A stretch of DNA of 64,000 nt, taken from NCBI GenBank assembly GCA_963721805.1, contig CAVRJY010000004.1:224001-288000 (forward strand). Reading direction: 5' to 3'. The translations under genes and the position numbers were made by a program. This document shows, in pieces, positions 47,559-56,582 of the stretch. The number at the start of each line of letters is the position of its first letter. Positions within the stretch are counted from its first letter, which is position 1. Below the pieces are notes generated by a model that worked only from the letters and a program-made list of their open reading frames with translations, was not told where the DNA came from and ran no database searches. This stretch comes from Nitrospirota bacterium. GTDB taxonomy: Bacteria > Nitrospirota > Thermodesulfovibrionia > Thermodesulfovibrionales > JdFR-86.

Positions 47559-48888
47559 CTATCGCTCCCTCCATCGCCATGCCGCGCGAGCCCTTCACCA
47601 GCACTACGTCTCCGGGCCGAAGCTCGCTTGAAAGCAGCGCGCGCGCCTCAATCGCGCTCGAGGTCCTAAGCGCGCGGCCGCCCTTTGCCTCGAACTCTGC
47701 CGCTGCATGCGCCATGCCCGGCCCCACGGCTATGAGGCAGTCTACCGCGCCCTGCATCCATGCGCCGAGCTCCGCGTGTATGCGGTCACTGTCCGGACCG
47801 AGCTCTAGCATGTCGCCAAGTACGGCGATAGCGCGGCGCTGCCTCATGCGCGCAAGCTCGGTTATCGCCTCGCGCATCGAGCCGGGATTGGCGTTATATA
47901 CGTCCGCCAGCAGCACCGCGCCGTGATACTCGCTTCGCTCAAACCTCATGGGCACGGCTTGGAAGCCCTCAAGGGAGCGGCCGATCTCGGCGGCTGAAAG
48001 CCCGAAGGCCACCCCAACGCCCGCAGCGGCAAGCGCATTTAGGACATTGAACCGTCCGGTGACGCCGAGCCTAACGGCTGCGGAGCCGCCGGCTGTTATG
48101 AGAGTGAAGGACGCGCCGGTATCTTTAAGCTCGATATCCCGCGCGCAGACATCGGCGTTTTGGGCCTCGATCCCGAAGCCGATCGCTCGGCCCTTGTATG
48201 AGCGCGCCCCTTCGATCAGGAACGCGTCGTCCGCGTTGAGCACGGCCACCGGCACGAAGTCCAGCAGTTCGAGCTTTCCGGCGCGGACGCCATCGATGCC
48301 GCCGAAACCCTGGAGGTGCGCCTGGCCTATGTTCGTAATCACCCCGACGTCCGGGAGCGCTATCTCGCAAAGTCCGCGTATCTCGCCAATCGCGCTCGCG
48401 CCCATCTCGAGCACCGAAACCTCGTCCGCTGGCTCGAGCTTGAGCATGCTTTGAGGCAGGCCGATCTGGTTATTGAGGTTACCGGCGTTCTTGTGCACCC
48501 GCATCCTCGATGAAAGTATCGCTGCTGTCATTTCTTTAGTGGTGGTCTTGCCGTTTGAGCCGGTGATGCCGACGACCTTCATGCCCAGCTTCCTGCGCAT
48601 ATGTCGGGCGAGCGTCTGAAGCGCCCTAAGCGTATCGGGGACAAGGATGACAGCCCTGCCTGCGGGGGGCGCGACCGGCGGGACCGAGACCACGGCGCCA
48701 GCGCCAATGTGCAGCGCCGCGGCCACGAAATCATGGCCATCGAAACGGGGGCCGCGCAGGGCGAAGTACAGCTCACCGGGCGCGATAGTGCGCGAGTCGG
48801 TAGAGTACCCGTTCACCGGGCCATCGGCCCTGCCGTGTATGATGCGGCCGCCTATGGCCGCAGCTATCTCTTTTATCGTGAGTTCCAT
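47548..48888 (-). CDS. murF: UDP-MurNAc-tripeptide--D-Ala-D-Ala ligase
   Basis: TDSR, GSNGKTTTKE, NLNNQIG, YNANP, GDMLELG, KGSRG. Confidence 0.96.
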   Translation of the reverse strand: MELTIKEIAAAIGGRIIHGRADGPVNGYSTDSRTIAPGELYFALRGPRFDGHDFVAAALHIGAGAVVSVPPVAPPAGRAVILVPDTLRALQTLARHMRRKLGMKVVGITGSNGKTTTKEMTAAILSSRMRVHKNAGNLNNQIGLPQSMLKLEPADEVSVLEMGASAIGEIRGLCEIALPDVGVITNIGQAHLQGFGGIDGVRAGKLELLDFVPVAVLNADDAFLIEGARSYKGRAIGFGIEAQNADVCARDIELKDTGASFTLITAGGSAAVRLGVTGRFNVLNALAAAGVGVAFGLSAAEIGRSLEGFQAVPMRFERSEYHGAVLLADVYNANPGSMREAITELARMRQRRAIAVLGDMLELGPDSDRIHAELGAWMQGAVDCLIAVGPGMAHAAAEFEAKGGRALRTSSAIEARALLSSELRPGDVVLVKGSRGMAMEGAIDAL

Positions 48889-48889
48889 A

Positions 48890-50348
48890 TTATCTTCGGT
48901 TGCCCGTTATTTCCTCTAGTGCCAGGCGCGCGGCCGCGCGGTCGCTAAACGGATGACGAACGCCCTTGATCTCCTGGTATTCCTCGTGGCCCTTGCCCGC
49001 GATCACTACCGAGTCCCCGGGGGCTGCCATTGCAATCGCCTCGCGGATCGCCTCGCCACGGTCCGGGATTGTCTTGTAGGTCGAGCCCGCGGCTACGCCC
49101 TCGACGATCTGGGCGATAATCGAGGCCGGCTCTTCGGAGCGAGGGTTGTCCGAGGTGATGATCGTTATGTCGCTGAGGCTCGTTGCGACAGCGCCCATGC
49201 GCGGACGCTTAGTGCGGTCGCGGTCCCCGCCGCAGCCGAATACCGTGATTACGCGGCTTGCGGTTATCTCCCGAACCGTGCGTATAAGCCGCTCGAGCGC
49301 ATCCTCGGTATGCGCGTAGTCCACGACGCAGAGGAACTCCTGCCCGGCCTCTACGCGCTCGAACCTCCCGGCCACCTGCGGCATTTGCTCAAGCCCGGAG
49401 GCTGCCTCATCGAGAGTCATCCCGAGCCCGCTCGCCGCGCCTGCCGCGGCGAGCGCGTTATAGACGTTCACGATGCCGGGTATCGGTACCCTTACGGATT
49501 TCTCTATTCCTTTATAGCGGAGCATCATGGACGAGCCTCGCGCGTCCATGCGCAGGTCCGATACGGTCAGATCGGCCGGCCCGTTTATCCCATATGAAAC
49601 GACATTGCCTTTATTAATCAGCAGACCCGCGAGCCTGGGCCCGTAAGGGTCGTCTGTATTGATGACCGCCGTGCCAGTCAGCAGTTCCGTAAAGAGCCGG
49701 GCCTTGGCAGCGAAGTACTCTTCCATAGTATGGTGGTAGTCGAGGTGCTCGGGGGTGAGGTTCGTAAATACCGCGACACTTAAACTCGGTGCCCTCGACC
49801 CGGGACTGCATCAGCGCGTGCGAGGAGACCTCGGTTACGGCGTGCGTGCATCCCGCATCCCGCATCCTCGCAAGCAGGCCCTGGAACTCGGGGGCCTCCG
49901 GGGTGGTGTGCGGCGCGGGTATGACCTCGCCGCATATATCGTATTCAATCGTGCCGATGAGCCCGGCCGAGCTTCCGGCGTGGTCGATGATAGACTTGAT
50001 CATCCGCGTGGTCGTCGTCTTGCCGTTCGTGCCGGTGACGCCGACGACCTTTAAGGCGCGTGACGGATAGCCGTAAAACGTGTTTGATATCCTCGCCATC
50101 GCGTGGCGCGAGGACTCGACAGAGACGTCCGGCACGCTCAGGGCCATCTGCCCCTCGTGCACCACGGCCGCCGCGCCCCTGGCTATCGCGTCTTCGATGA
50201 ATGCGTGGCCGTCGTACGCGCCGCCGCGCAGCGCGATGAACAGGTCGCCCTGCCTCACCCTGCGCGAGTCGTACGCTATGCCAAGCACCTCGGTATCCAT
50301 AATACCCCCACTCACGCCCGCTGCCTCTGCGAGCAGCCCGAGCCTCAT
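48890..50348 (-). CDS. murE: UDP-MurNAc-dipeptide--meso-DAP ligase, with one extra base near 49780
   Basis: Two track ORFs join: GTNGKTTT, TTP, EVSSH, then VAVFTNLTPEHLDYH, DYAHT, FGCGGDRD, DNPR (DAP specificity), GKGHE. Confidence 0.93.
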
Positions 50349-52075
50349 TGCCCGGCCGCGGCCGCGGCGGGCCTTCCCTGAACCATCAGCGTGTTGTTTT
50401 TGAAGTCGTCGTCGCGCGGCACGTTTAGGTATGAAAGCGTCTGGTCCGCGATGCTCTTAAAGGTCGGGGCCGCGACGAGGCCGCCGTATATCCTGCCCTT
50501 GGGCTCGAAGACCACGACGATCAGGGCGATCTTCGGGTCGCTGACCGGCACGAAACCGACGAACGAGCCCACGTACTTGTTTTCGGAATAGCGGTGCAGC
50601 TTCGTATCAAAGAGCTTGGCGGTGCCGGTCTTCCCAGCGACGTCGTTGCCGTCGATCTCGGCGCCCTCGGCCGTGCCGCCCTTCTGCGTGACCGACGTCA
50701 GGATCTGCTTCATCGTGGCCGCGGTGCGCGCCGAGATGACGCGCTTCAGCTCGCCCTGTGCGAACTTGTACTGCTCGATGCCGTCCTGCGACACTATCGA
50801 GTCCACGACGTGGGGCTTGACGAGGTATCCCCCGTTGGCCACGACAGAGTACGCCCTGAGGATCTGCAGAGGCGTCACGGAGATGCCGTAGCCTATGCTC
50901 GATGAGGCGAGCGAGACGTCGGACCAGTTTTTAAGCGGCAGCACCAGGCCGCCGCTCTCGGCCGGGAGGTCCACGCCGGTCGGTGAGCCGAAGCCGTAGG
51001 CCTTGATGTATTTATAAAGCCTCTGCTTGCCGACCTTCATCCCTATCTGTATCGTGCCGACGTTTGAGGACTTCTGAATGATCTGGCTAACGGACATGTA
51101 GCCCATGCGGTGTACGTCCTTAATCGTGTGGCCGCCTACCGTGATAGAGCCTCGCGAGCAGTCGAAGTGCGTATCGGGCGTCACTACGCCCTCCTCCAGC
51201 GCGCACGAGCTCGTTACGACCTTGAAGGTCGAGCCCGGCTCGTAGGGGTCCGTCAGCGCGCGGTTGCGCCTGTTGTCCGCGTCCGTTTTCCCGGGAGCGT
51301 TGAGGTCGAACTCAGGGTCGTTGGCCAGCGCCAGGATCTCGCCCGTCATGGGGTCCATCATCACGGCCGAGACCGATGCGGCCTGCCAGGTCTCGCGCGC
51401 CTTCTTGATCTCGGTCTGGGCGATGTATTGGAGGCCCTCGTCTATCGTGAGGTGCACGTCGCTTCCGACGCTCTCGTACTCCACGCCGTCGGAGAGCGTA
51501 TTGCCGCCAGAGTCGCGCGCGACCTCGACCTTCTCGGCATGCCCGGCGAGGTACTTGTCATACCTGTGCTCGATGCCCTCGACACCCTTGTTGTCATACC
51601 CGACGAAACCTATGACGTGCGAGGCGAGCTCGCCCTTGGGGTATACCCTCTCGTGCTCGGTGATCATCCCGAGCCACGGGTCGCGCTTGGTGTCGACGGT
51701 AGCCGCGAAGGCCGGGGGGAGTTTTCTCTTTAGCCATACGAAGCCGCGCTCGGAGCGGAGTTTCTTTGCGGCCTCATCCGTGCTGAGGCCGGTGAGCCGC
51801 GCTATCTCGGACGCGGCGCGGTCGTGGTCCTGTGGGTCTATCTGCATCGGGTTGGCGAAGAGGGATACGACGTCGACGTTCACGGCGAGTTCGCGGCCCA
51901 TGCGGTCCAGTATCTTGCCCCTCATGGGGTCGATCTGCTGCTCGGCGTTCTGCTGGCCCTCGGCGCGGCGCATCAGGCCCTGGTGCTCAAGCAGCATCAA
52001 GTCCCCGAGCCTGAGCACGACGAGCGCGAAGCCGCACAGGATGCCGGCCACGAGGATCGATGCGCGCAGGCTCAT
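50345..52075 (-). CDS. ftsI: Class B penicillin-binding protein FtsI/PBP3
   Basis: RGKILDR, R.YPKG, EPGSTFK, SSN, KTG. Confidence 0.95.
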   Translation of the reverse strand: MSLRASILVAGILCGFALVVLRLGDLMLLEHQGLMRRAEGQQNAEQQIDPMRGKILDRMGRELAVNVDVVSLFANPMQIDPQDHDRAASEIARLTGLSTDEAAKKLRSERGFVWLKRKLPPAFAATVDTKRDPWLGMITEHERVYPKGELASHVIGFVGYDNKGVEGIEHRYDKYLAGHAEKVEVARDSGGNTLSDGVEYESVGSDVHLTIDEGLQYIAQTEIKKARETWQAASVSAVMMDPMTGEILALANDPEFDLNAPGKTDADNRRNRALTDPYEPGSTFKVVTSSCALEEGVVTPDTHFDCSRGSITVGGHTIKDVHRMGYMSVSQIIQKSSNVGTIQIGMKVGKQRLYKYIKAYGFGSPTGVDLPAESGGLVLPLKNWSDVSLASSSIGYGISVTPLQILRAYSVVANGGYLVKPHVVDSIVSQDGIEQYKFAQGELKRVISARTAATMKQILTSVTQKGGTAEGAEIDGNDVAGKTGTAKLFDTKLHRYSENKYVGSFVGFVPVSDPKIALIVVVFEPKGRIYGGLVAAPTFKSIADQTLSYLNVPRDDDFKNNTLMVQGRPAAAAAGQ

Positions 52076-52081
52076 CAGGCG

Positions 52082-52408
52082 CTAGTTTCGCCTTCTGAAG
52101 GATGCGGCCTGAGGCACGGCCGATGTATCGCGCTTTACGATGAAGACCTTGCGCCTGTCAGGGTCGGTCAGCGCCAGCTGGTTTTCGTCGACGCGCGAGC
52201 GGGCCTTCAGGGACGAGAGGTCGGCCTCCAGCCCCTTTTGCTCAGTGAGTGCGGCCACCCGCTGGTGCTCGAGCGCGCCGATGCGGTATTCCATCGACGT
52301 GACGTTGGAGCGCAGCATGATGAGCCCTATGACCGCGGCCGGCAGCACCGCGCAGCCCAGAAACGCGTTAAGGTACGGCACGAGCCTGTTGCGCACCGGA
52401 TGATTCAT
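52082..52408 (-). CDS. ftsL: Cell division protein FtsL-like
   Basis: Short N-terminus, one TM and a coiled coil; located between rsmH and ftsI. Confidence 0.75.
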   Translation of the reverse strand: MNHPVRNRLVPYLNAFLGCAVLPAAVIGLIMLRSNVTSMEYRIGALEHQRVAALTEQKGLEADLSSLKARSRVDENQLALTDPDRRKVFIVKRDTSAVPQAASFRRRN

Positions 52409-53292
52409 CTGGTCACCTCCGCCGCCCTCAGCTTGGCGCTGCGCGCCGAGGGGTTTTCCCTTGTCTCGTCCTGCGATGGCACGATAGGTTTTTTAGTTAG
52501 CACGCGCAGCTCTCCGCGCTGCCCGCCGTCTTTCATGAAATGCTTGACCACCCGGTCTTCGAGCGAGTGGTACGAGATCACGACGAGCCTCCCCTGCGCC
52601 GCGAGCACGGAGACCGCCTCGCCGAGCGCATGCCGGAGCTGCCCGAGCTCGTCGTTAAGTTCTATCCTCATGGCCTGAAACGTCCGCGTGGCCGGATGCG
52701 ACCGGCCTCCGCCCTTGCCTACCGCCTGAAGCACGGTGTCGGCCAGTTCGCGGCAGGTGCGTATCGGGGCCTCGGCGCGGCGCGCCACTATCCGGCGCGC
52801 TATGCGCCTGGCGCGGTAGTCCTCGCCGTAGTCGCGTATGACGCGCTCAAGCTCCCGCTCCGTGTATTCGTTAACGATATCCGCGGCGGTCCTGTCAGTC
52901 GAGCGGTCCATCCGCATGTCCAGGGGCTCGTCGGTCTGAAAGCTGAACCCGCGTCCCTCGCCCTTTAGCTGGAACATCGAGACGCCGAGGTCCATCAGCA
53001 CCCCGTCGATCCTTCCAGCGAGTTCCAGCGAGCGGGCGACTTCACCGAGTTCGGAAAAAGGCGAATGCACCGGCCTGAACCTCTCCGGGTCCTGAATCCG
53101 CTGACGCGCGAGCGCGAGCGCCTCTTCGTCCCTGTCGATTCCGATCACCCTGCCCTCCGGGCCCACAAGCCGAAGGATTTCCCCGGAGTGCCCCCCGAGC
53201 CCCACAGTCGCGTCCAGATAAATACCCCCTGGACGCACGCCCAAAAACTCGACCACCTCCCCGGTCATTACAGGGAGATGCACTACCCCCAT
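52405..53292 (-). CDS. rsmH: 16S rRNA C1402 methyltransferase RsmH
   Basis: HLPVM, DATVGLGGHS, DLGVS, PLDMRMD, HPATRTFQA, YHSLEDR, NPSARSAKLR. Confidence 0.97.
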   Translation of the reverse strand: MGVVHLPVMTGEVVEFLGVRPGGIYLDATVGLGGHSGEILRLVGPEGRVIGIDRDEEALALARQRIQDPERFRPVHSPFSELGEVARSLELAGRIDGVLMDLGVSMFQLKGEGRGFSFQTDEPLDMRMDRSTDRTAADIVNEYTERELERVIRDYGEDYRARRIARRIVARRAEAPIRTCRELADTVLQAVGKGGGRSHPATRTFQAMRIELNDELGQLRHALGEAVSVLAAQGRLVVISYHSLEDRVVKHFMKDGGQRGELRVLTKKPIVPSQDETRENPSARSAKLRAAEVTR

Positions 53293-53301
53293 GAGCCGCT
53301 T

Positions 53302-53754
53302 CTACAGTCCCAGATCGCTGAGGGACTTTTCGTATGTCTCGTTGCCGGCTGCGTCGAACTCAGTGCTGCGCTCCCACGCCTGCCGGTCCCATACCTCTAT
53401 GCGCTCGAGCTGCCCGACGATCACAATATCGCCGGTTATGCCGAGGTCCTGCCTGAGCGAGGCCGGAAGCTGGATGCGGCCCTGCCTGTCACACGCGGCC
53501 TCGACCGCCGAGCCTATGACCTCGCGCATGAAGCGCTTGACGCTCTTGTCGTTGCGCGGAAGGGATCGAACCCGCCCGAGCAGCTCGATCCATTCCTCGT
53601 GCGGGTAGACCTGTATGCAGCTGTCCACCGCGGCTACGGTGACGTAGAGCTTGGGGCTTGGGGCCGAGGCAAGTATCTCCCTGAAGGCAGCGGGGATCAT
53701 CACCCTGCCCTTAGGGTCCACGTTGTAGTAATATTTTCCGGTAAACGCTGCCAT
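53302..53754 (-). CDS. mraZ: Transcriptional regulator MraZ
   Basis: F.G.Y...VDPKGRVMIPA.FR and DRQGRI (tandem DxxGR), RIEVW. Confidence 0.95.
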   Translation of the reverse strand: MAAFTGKYYYNVDPKGRVMIPAAFREILASAPSPKLYVTVAAVDSCIQVYPHEEWIELLGRVRSLPRNDKSVKRFMREVIGSAVEAACDRQGRIQLPASLRQDLGITGDIVIVGQLERIEVWDRQAWERSTEFDAAGNETYEKSLSDLGL

Positions 53755-53755
53755 G

Positions 53756-53824
53756 CTCACCACTTTCAACCCTTATGTGACACTTTCTACCACTTACTAT
53801 ATAGGGAAGCACCTATAAAGTCAA
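53756..53824 (-). promoter_or_regulatory. dcw promoter with MraZ-box repeats
   Basis: TTGACT-N17-TATAGT, followed by units at 10-nt period: AAGTGGTAGA AAGTGTCACA TAAGGGTTGA AAGTGGTGAG. Confidence 0.8.
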
Positions 53825-53922
53825 CGAATTTTTGGATGGCACTATATTTTGTGGTTAATTGGCCGAGTTGGCACTAAATATGGGATTGACGCAGAGGGTC
53901 GGGCGTAACAGCCCGGAGAGGC

Positions 53923-54756
53923 TCAAAAATCAGAAAACGGGACAGGCGTGAAGGTGATGACGAAGATAGCAAAAGCGCCCCACCCGGCGACCTTCCGGCT
54001 GAGGGGGAGCTCCGGCTCCCAGTCCGAGACAGGCGGGTGCCCAACGCCCAGAAAAAGCATGAGCACGGCCCATACCGCCCAGCCGGGCCAGTAATAATAC
54101 CCCAGCACCCCGAGCGCGACGACCAGCGCGATGCTCAGCTTCCTGTGGGCGCGGCCGAACATCGCGAACGCGACGTGGCCGCCGTCGAGCTGCCCTATCG
54201 GGAGCAGGTTTAAAGACGTCACGAAAAACCCTATCCATCCGGCGAACGCAACCGGATGGAGCAGGACGTCGAAGCCCTCGGGCACGCGGCCCAGGATCAT
54301 GCGCGAGAGCCCCGTAAAGAGCAACGAATCCCCGAGCGTGAGGCCTGGGTGGATCCCCCCGGCCGGGACGACCTTGGACATCGTAAGCCCTGCCACCGAA
54401 GCGACGCACGAAAACAGAAACCCTACTATCGGGCCCGAGGCCCCGATGTCCACGAGAGAGCGGCGGTCGGCTATCGCGGTCTTCATCTTTATAAACGCCC
54501 CGAAGGTGCCGATGAACGAGGGCGCGGGGATGAAATACGGAAGCGTTGCAACCGTATTGTGCAGCCTTGAGGCGAAGTAGTGCGAGAGCTCGTGGCTCAT
54601 CAGGATCAGCATCAGCGTGGCGGCAAACGGTATGCCCTCCACAACCCGCAGGGGCTGGCTGAATATGTCCACGCCCTGCTGGAGCGCACCGGCCACGGTC
54701 GTGGACATGCACGTCAGCAGAAACAGCGTTATGTGCAGGTACGGGGGCTTCTTCAT
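53923..54756 (-). CDS. Site-2 protease (M50) family intramembrane metalloprotease
   Basis: HELSH (HExxH), GTFGAFI, SGPIVG, NLLPIGQLDGG. Confidence 0.92.
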   Translation of the reverse strand: MKKPPYLHITLFLLTCMSTTVAGALQQGVDIFSQPLRVVEGIPFAATLMLILMSHELSHYFASRLHNTVATLPYFIPAPSFIGTFGAFIKMKTAIADRRSLVDIGASGPIVGFLFSCVASVAGLTMSKVVPAGGIHPGLTLGDSLLFTGLSRMILGRVPEGFDVLLHPVAFAGWIGFFVTSLNLLPIGQLDGGHVAFAMFGRAHRKLSIALVVALGVLGYYYWPGWAVWAVLMLFLGVGHPPVSDWEPELPLSRKVAGWGAFAIFVITFTPVPFSDF

Positions 54757-56060
54757 GCGGGCTCGGACTCCAGGTCGTAGTCGAGCGCGCGGGTGATGCG
54801 CACATCGACGAAATCGCCGCGCTTAAGGGCACCGGGGTTGTGTATGACCGTCATGCCGTCGATCTCGTGGGCCTGTGTGGCGATCCTGCCTATCGCGGGC
54901 GCGCCGCCGCCCATCGCCTCCTCGACCAGCGCGCGAAGCGTCATCCCTACCAGCGCCTGGTTGGCCTCCAGCGAGATCCCCGCCTGCAGCGTCATCGCGC
55001 GATGAAAGCGCGCGTCCTTGGTGCGCTTCGGGACCTGGCCCTTGAGCCGGGAGGCGGGAGTCCCCTCCTCGCGCGAATATCTAAAGACGCCCATGCGGTC
55101 GAACCTGGCGGTCTCTATGAAATCCAGCAGCCCTAAAAACTCCTCCTCGGTCTCGCCCGGGAACCCTACGATGAAGGTCGTGCGCAGCGCCACTGCGGGC
55201 ACCGCGCGCCTGATGCGGCGCACGAGCGCAAGCAGGCTCCTGTGCGTCTCCGGACGGCCCATCGCCTTGAGCACGGTCTGCTCGGAGTGCTGAAGCGGCA
55301 TGTCGACGTACGGCACGACCTTTCCGCCAGCAGCGAAGACCTCAAGCAGCGCGTCGTCTATCCCCGAGGGGTGCAGGTACATCGGCCGCACCCAGAACTC
55401 CCCGCTGATCGAGGCTATCTCGCTGATTAGCTGCGCAAGCCCGTAGCCGGTGCCGCGGCCGTATGCTGTGAGGTCCTGCGCGACCAGCACGAGCTCGCGC
55501 GCACCGGCGCGGACGTACCGCTCGGCCTCGCGCAGTATTTCCTCCGGCTGCCGCGACGCAAACGGCCCGCGGATAGATGGTATGACGCAATAGGTGCATC
55601 TGCGGTCGCAGCCCTCCGCGACCTTTATCGGCACGGAGGGCGCGCTCAGGCCGCGCTCGAGCAAAAGGCTGCTGATGGCAGTAATTGAACGCGCCTTGGG
55701 CGCTTCGGCCCCTCCGCGCAGGTAGTCCACAATGGCGTCCTCGTCGGCCACGCCGAAGAAGGCGTCGACCTCGGGGAGCTCGGCCGAGAGCTCGGCCCCG
55801 TACCGCTTGGCCAGGCAGCCCATCACGATGAGCCTCTGGCCGGCGTGGCGCGTCGAGGCCGCGCCCAGAATCGCGTCTATGGATTCGCGCTTCGCGTCCT
55901 CGATGAACCCGCAGGTGTTTATAACGACCGCGTCGGCCATCCCGGGGTCGGACTCGTAGACGATACCGGCCTCCTCGGAGAGCCTGCGGATGAGCGACTC
56001 GGAGTCCGCGGTGTTCTTGGGGCAGCCAAAGCTTATGAGGCCTATACGCTTAATACCCAA
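54753..56060 (-). CDS. rimO: Ribosomal protein S12 methylthiotransferase
   Basis: SFGCPKN, NTCGFI, GCLA, EGCDRRCTYCVIP, IVGFPGE, TRAM domain with AHEIDG. TTG start after GGAGGG. Confidence 0.93.
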   Translation of the reverse strand: MGIKRIGLISFGCPKNTADSESLIRRLSEEAGIVYESDPGMADAVVINTCGFIEDAKRESIDAILGAASTRHAGQRLIVMGCLAKRYGAELSAELPEVDAFFGVADEDAIVDYLRGGAEAPKARSITAISSLLLERGLSAPSVPIKVAEGCDRRCTYCVIPSIRGPFASRQPEEILREAERYVRAGARELVLVAQDLTAYGRGTGYGLAQLISEIASISGEFWVRPMYLHPSGIDDALLEVFAAGGKVVPYVDMPLQHSEQTVLKAMGRPETHRSLLALVRRIRRAVPAVALRTTFIVGFPGETEEEFLGLLDFIETARFDRMGVFRYSREEGTPASRLKGQVPKRTKDARFHRAMTLQAGISLEANQALVGMTLRALVEEAMGGGAPAIGRIATQAHEIDGMTVIHNPGALKRGDFVDVRITRALDYDLESEPA

Positions 56061-56149
56061 ACAATCCCTCCAGAAGGGTTCAAACAAAAGGGGCCTTCAC
56101 GGCCCCCCGGCGATGCCACTTAAACTATATACCCCCGATGGCGCGGCGT

Positions 56150-56548
56150 CTACGCGTGCAGGCCGAGCTTCTTGATCTCGGAGAGCAACTCCCTGGTGTT
56201 GATCGGCTTGACCACATAAGAGGTCGCCCCGGCCCGGTACAGCGAGTCCACTACGGTCTTCGGATCGTTGAGCGCGGTGGTCATGATGACCTTTACCTCG
56301 TCTACGGCTGACACCCCCGAGTCCTTCTCGCTCTTGCGGATCGCCTTGAGCGCCGAGATGCCGTCTATGTGGGGCATCATGATATCCATGCATATGAGGT
56401 CATACGTACGGCCCTCGCCTGCCGCGAGCCTGACGGCCTCGATGGCCTCCCTGCCGTCCACCGCGATGTCGCACTCGCCGAATTGCGAGAGGGTCTTCTG
56501 CAGGAGCTTCCTGCTGATGAAATCGTCCTCTACGATCAGAATCCTCAT
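56150..56548 (-). CDS. Single-domain response regulator
   Basis: MRILIVEDD, CMDIMMP, MTTA, VVKP. Confidence 0.9.
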   Translation of the reverse strand: MRILIVEDDFISRKLLQKTLSQFGECDIAVDGREAIEAVRLAAGEGRTYDLICMDIMMPHIDGISALKAIRKSEKDSGVSAVDEVKVIMTTALNDPKTVVDSLYRAGATSYVVKPINTRELLSEIKKLGLHA

Positions 56549-56582
56549 TAGGCGGCCTTTCCTCTTGATCTGTTGCGGCGGC

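Noticed and set aside
46430..49785. Programmed ribosomal frameshifting in murD and murE
   Set aside because: No slippery heptamer or shared signal at the sites; scattered indels in unrelated genes point to sequence error.
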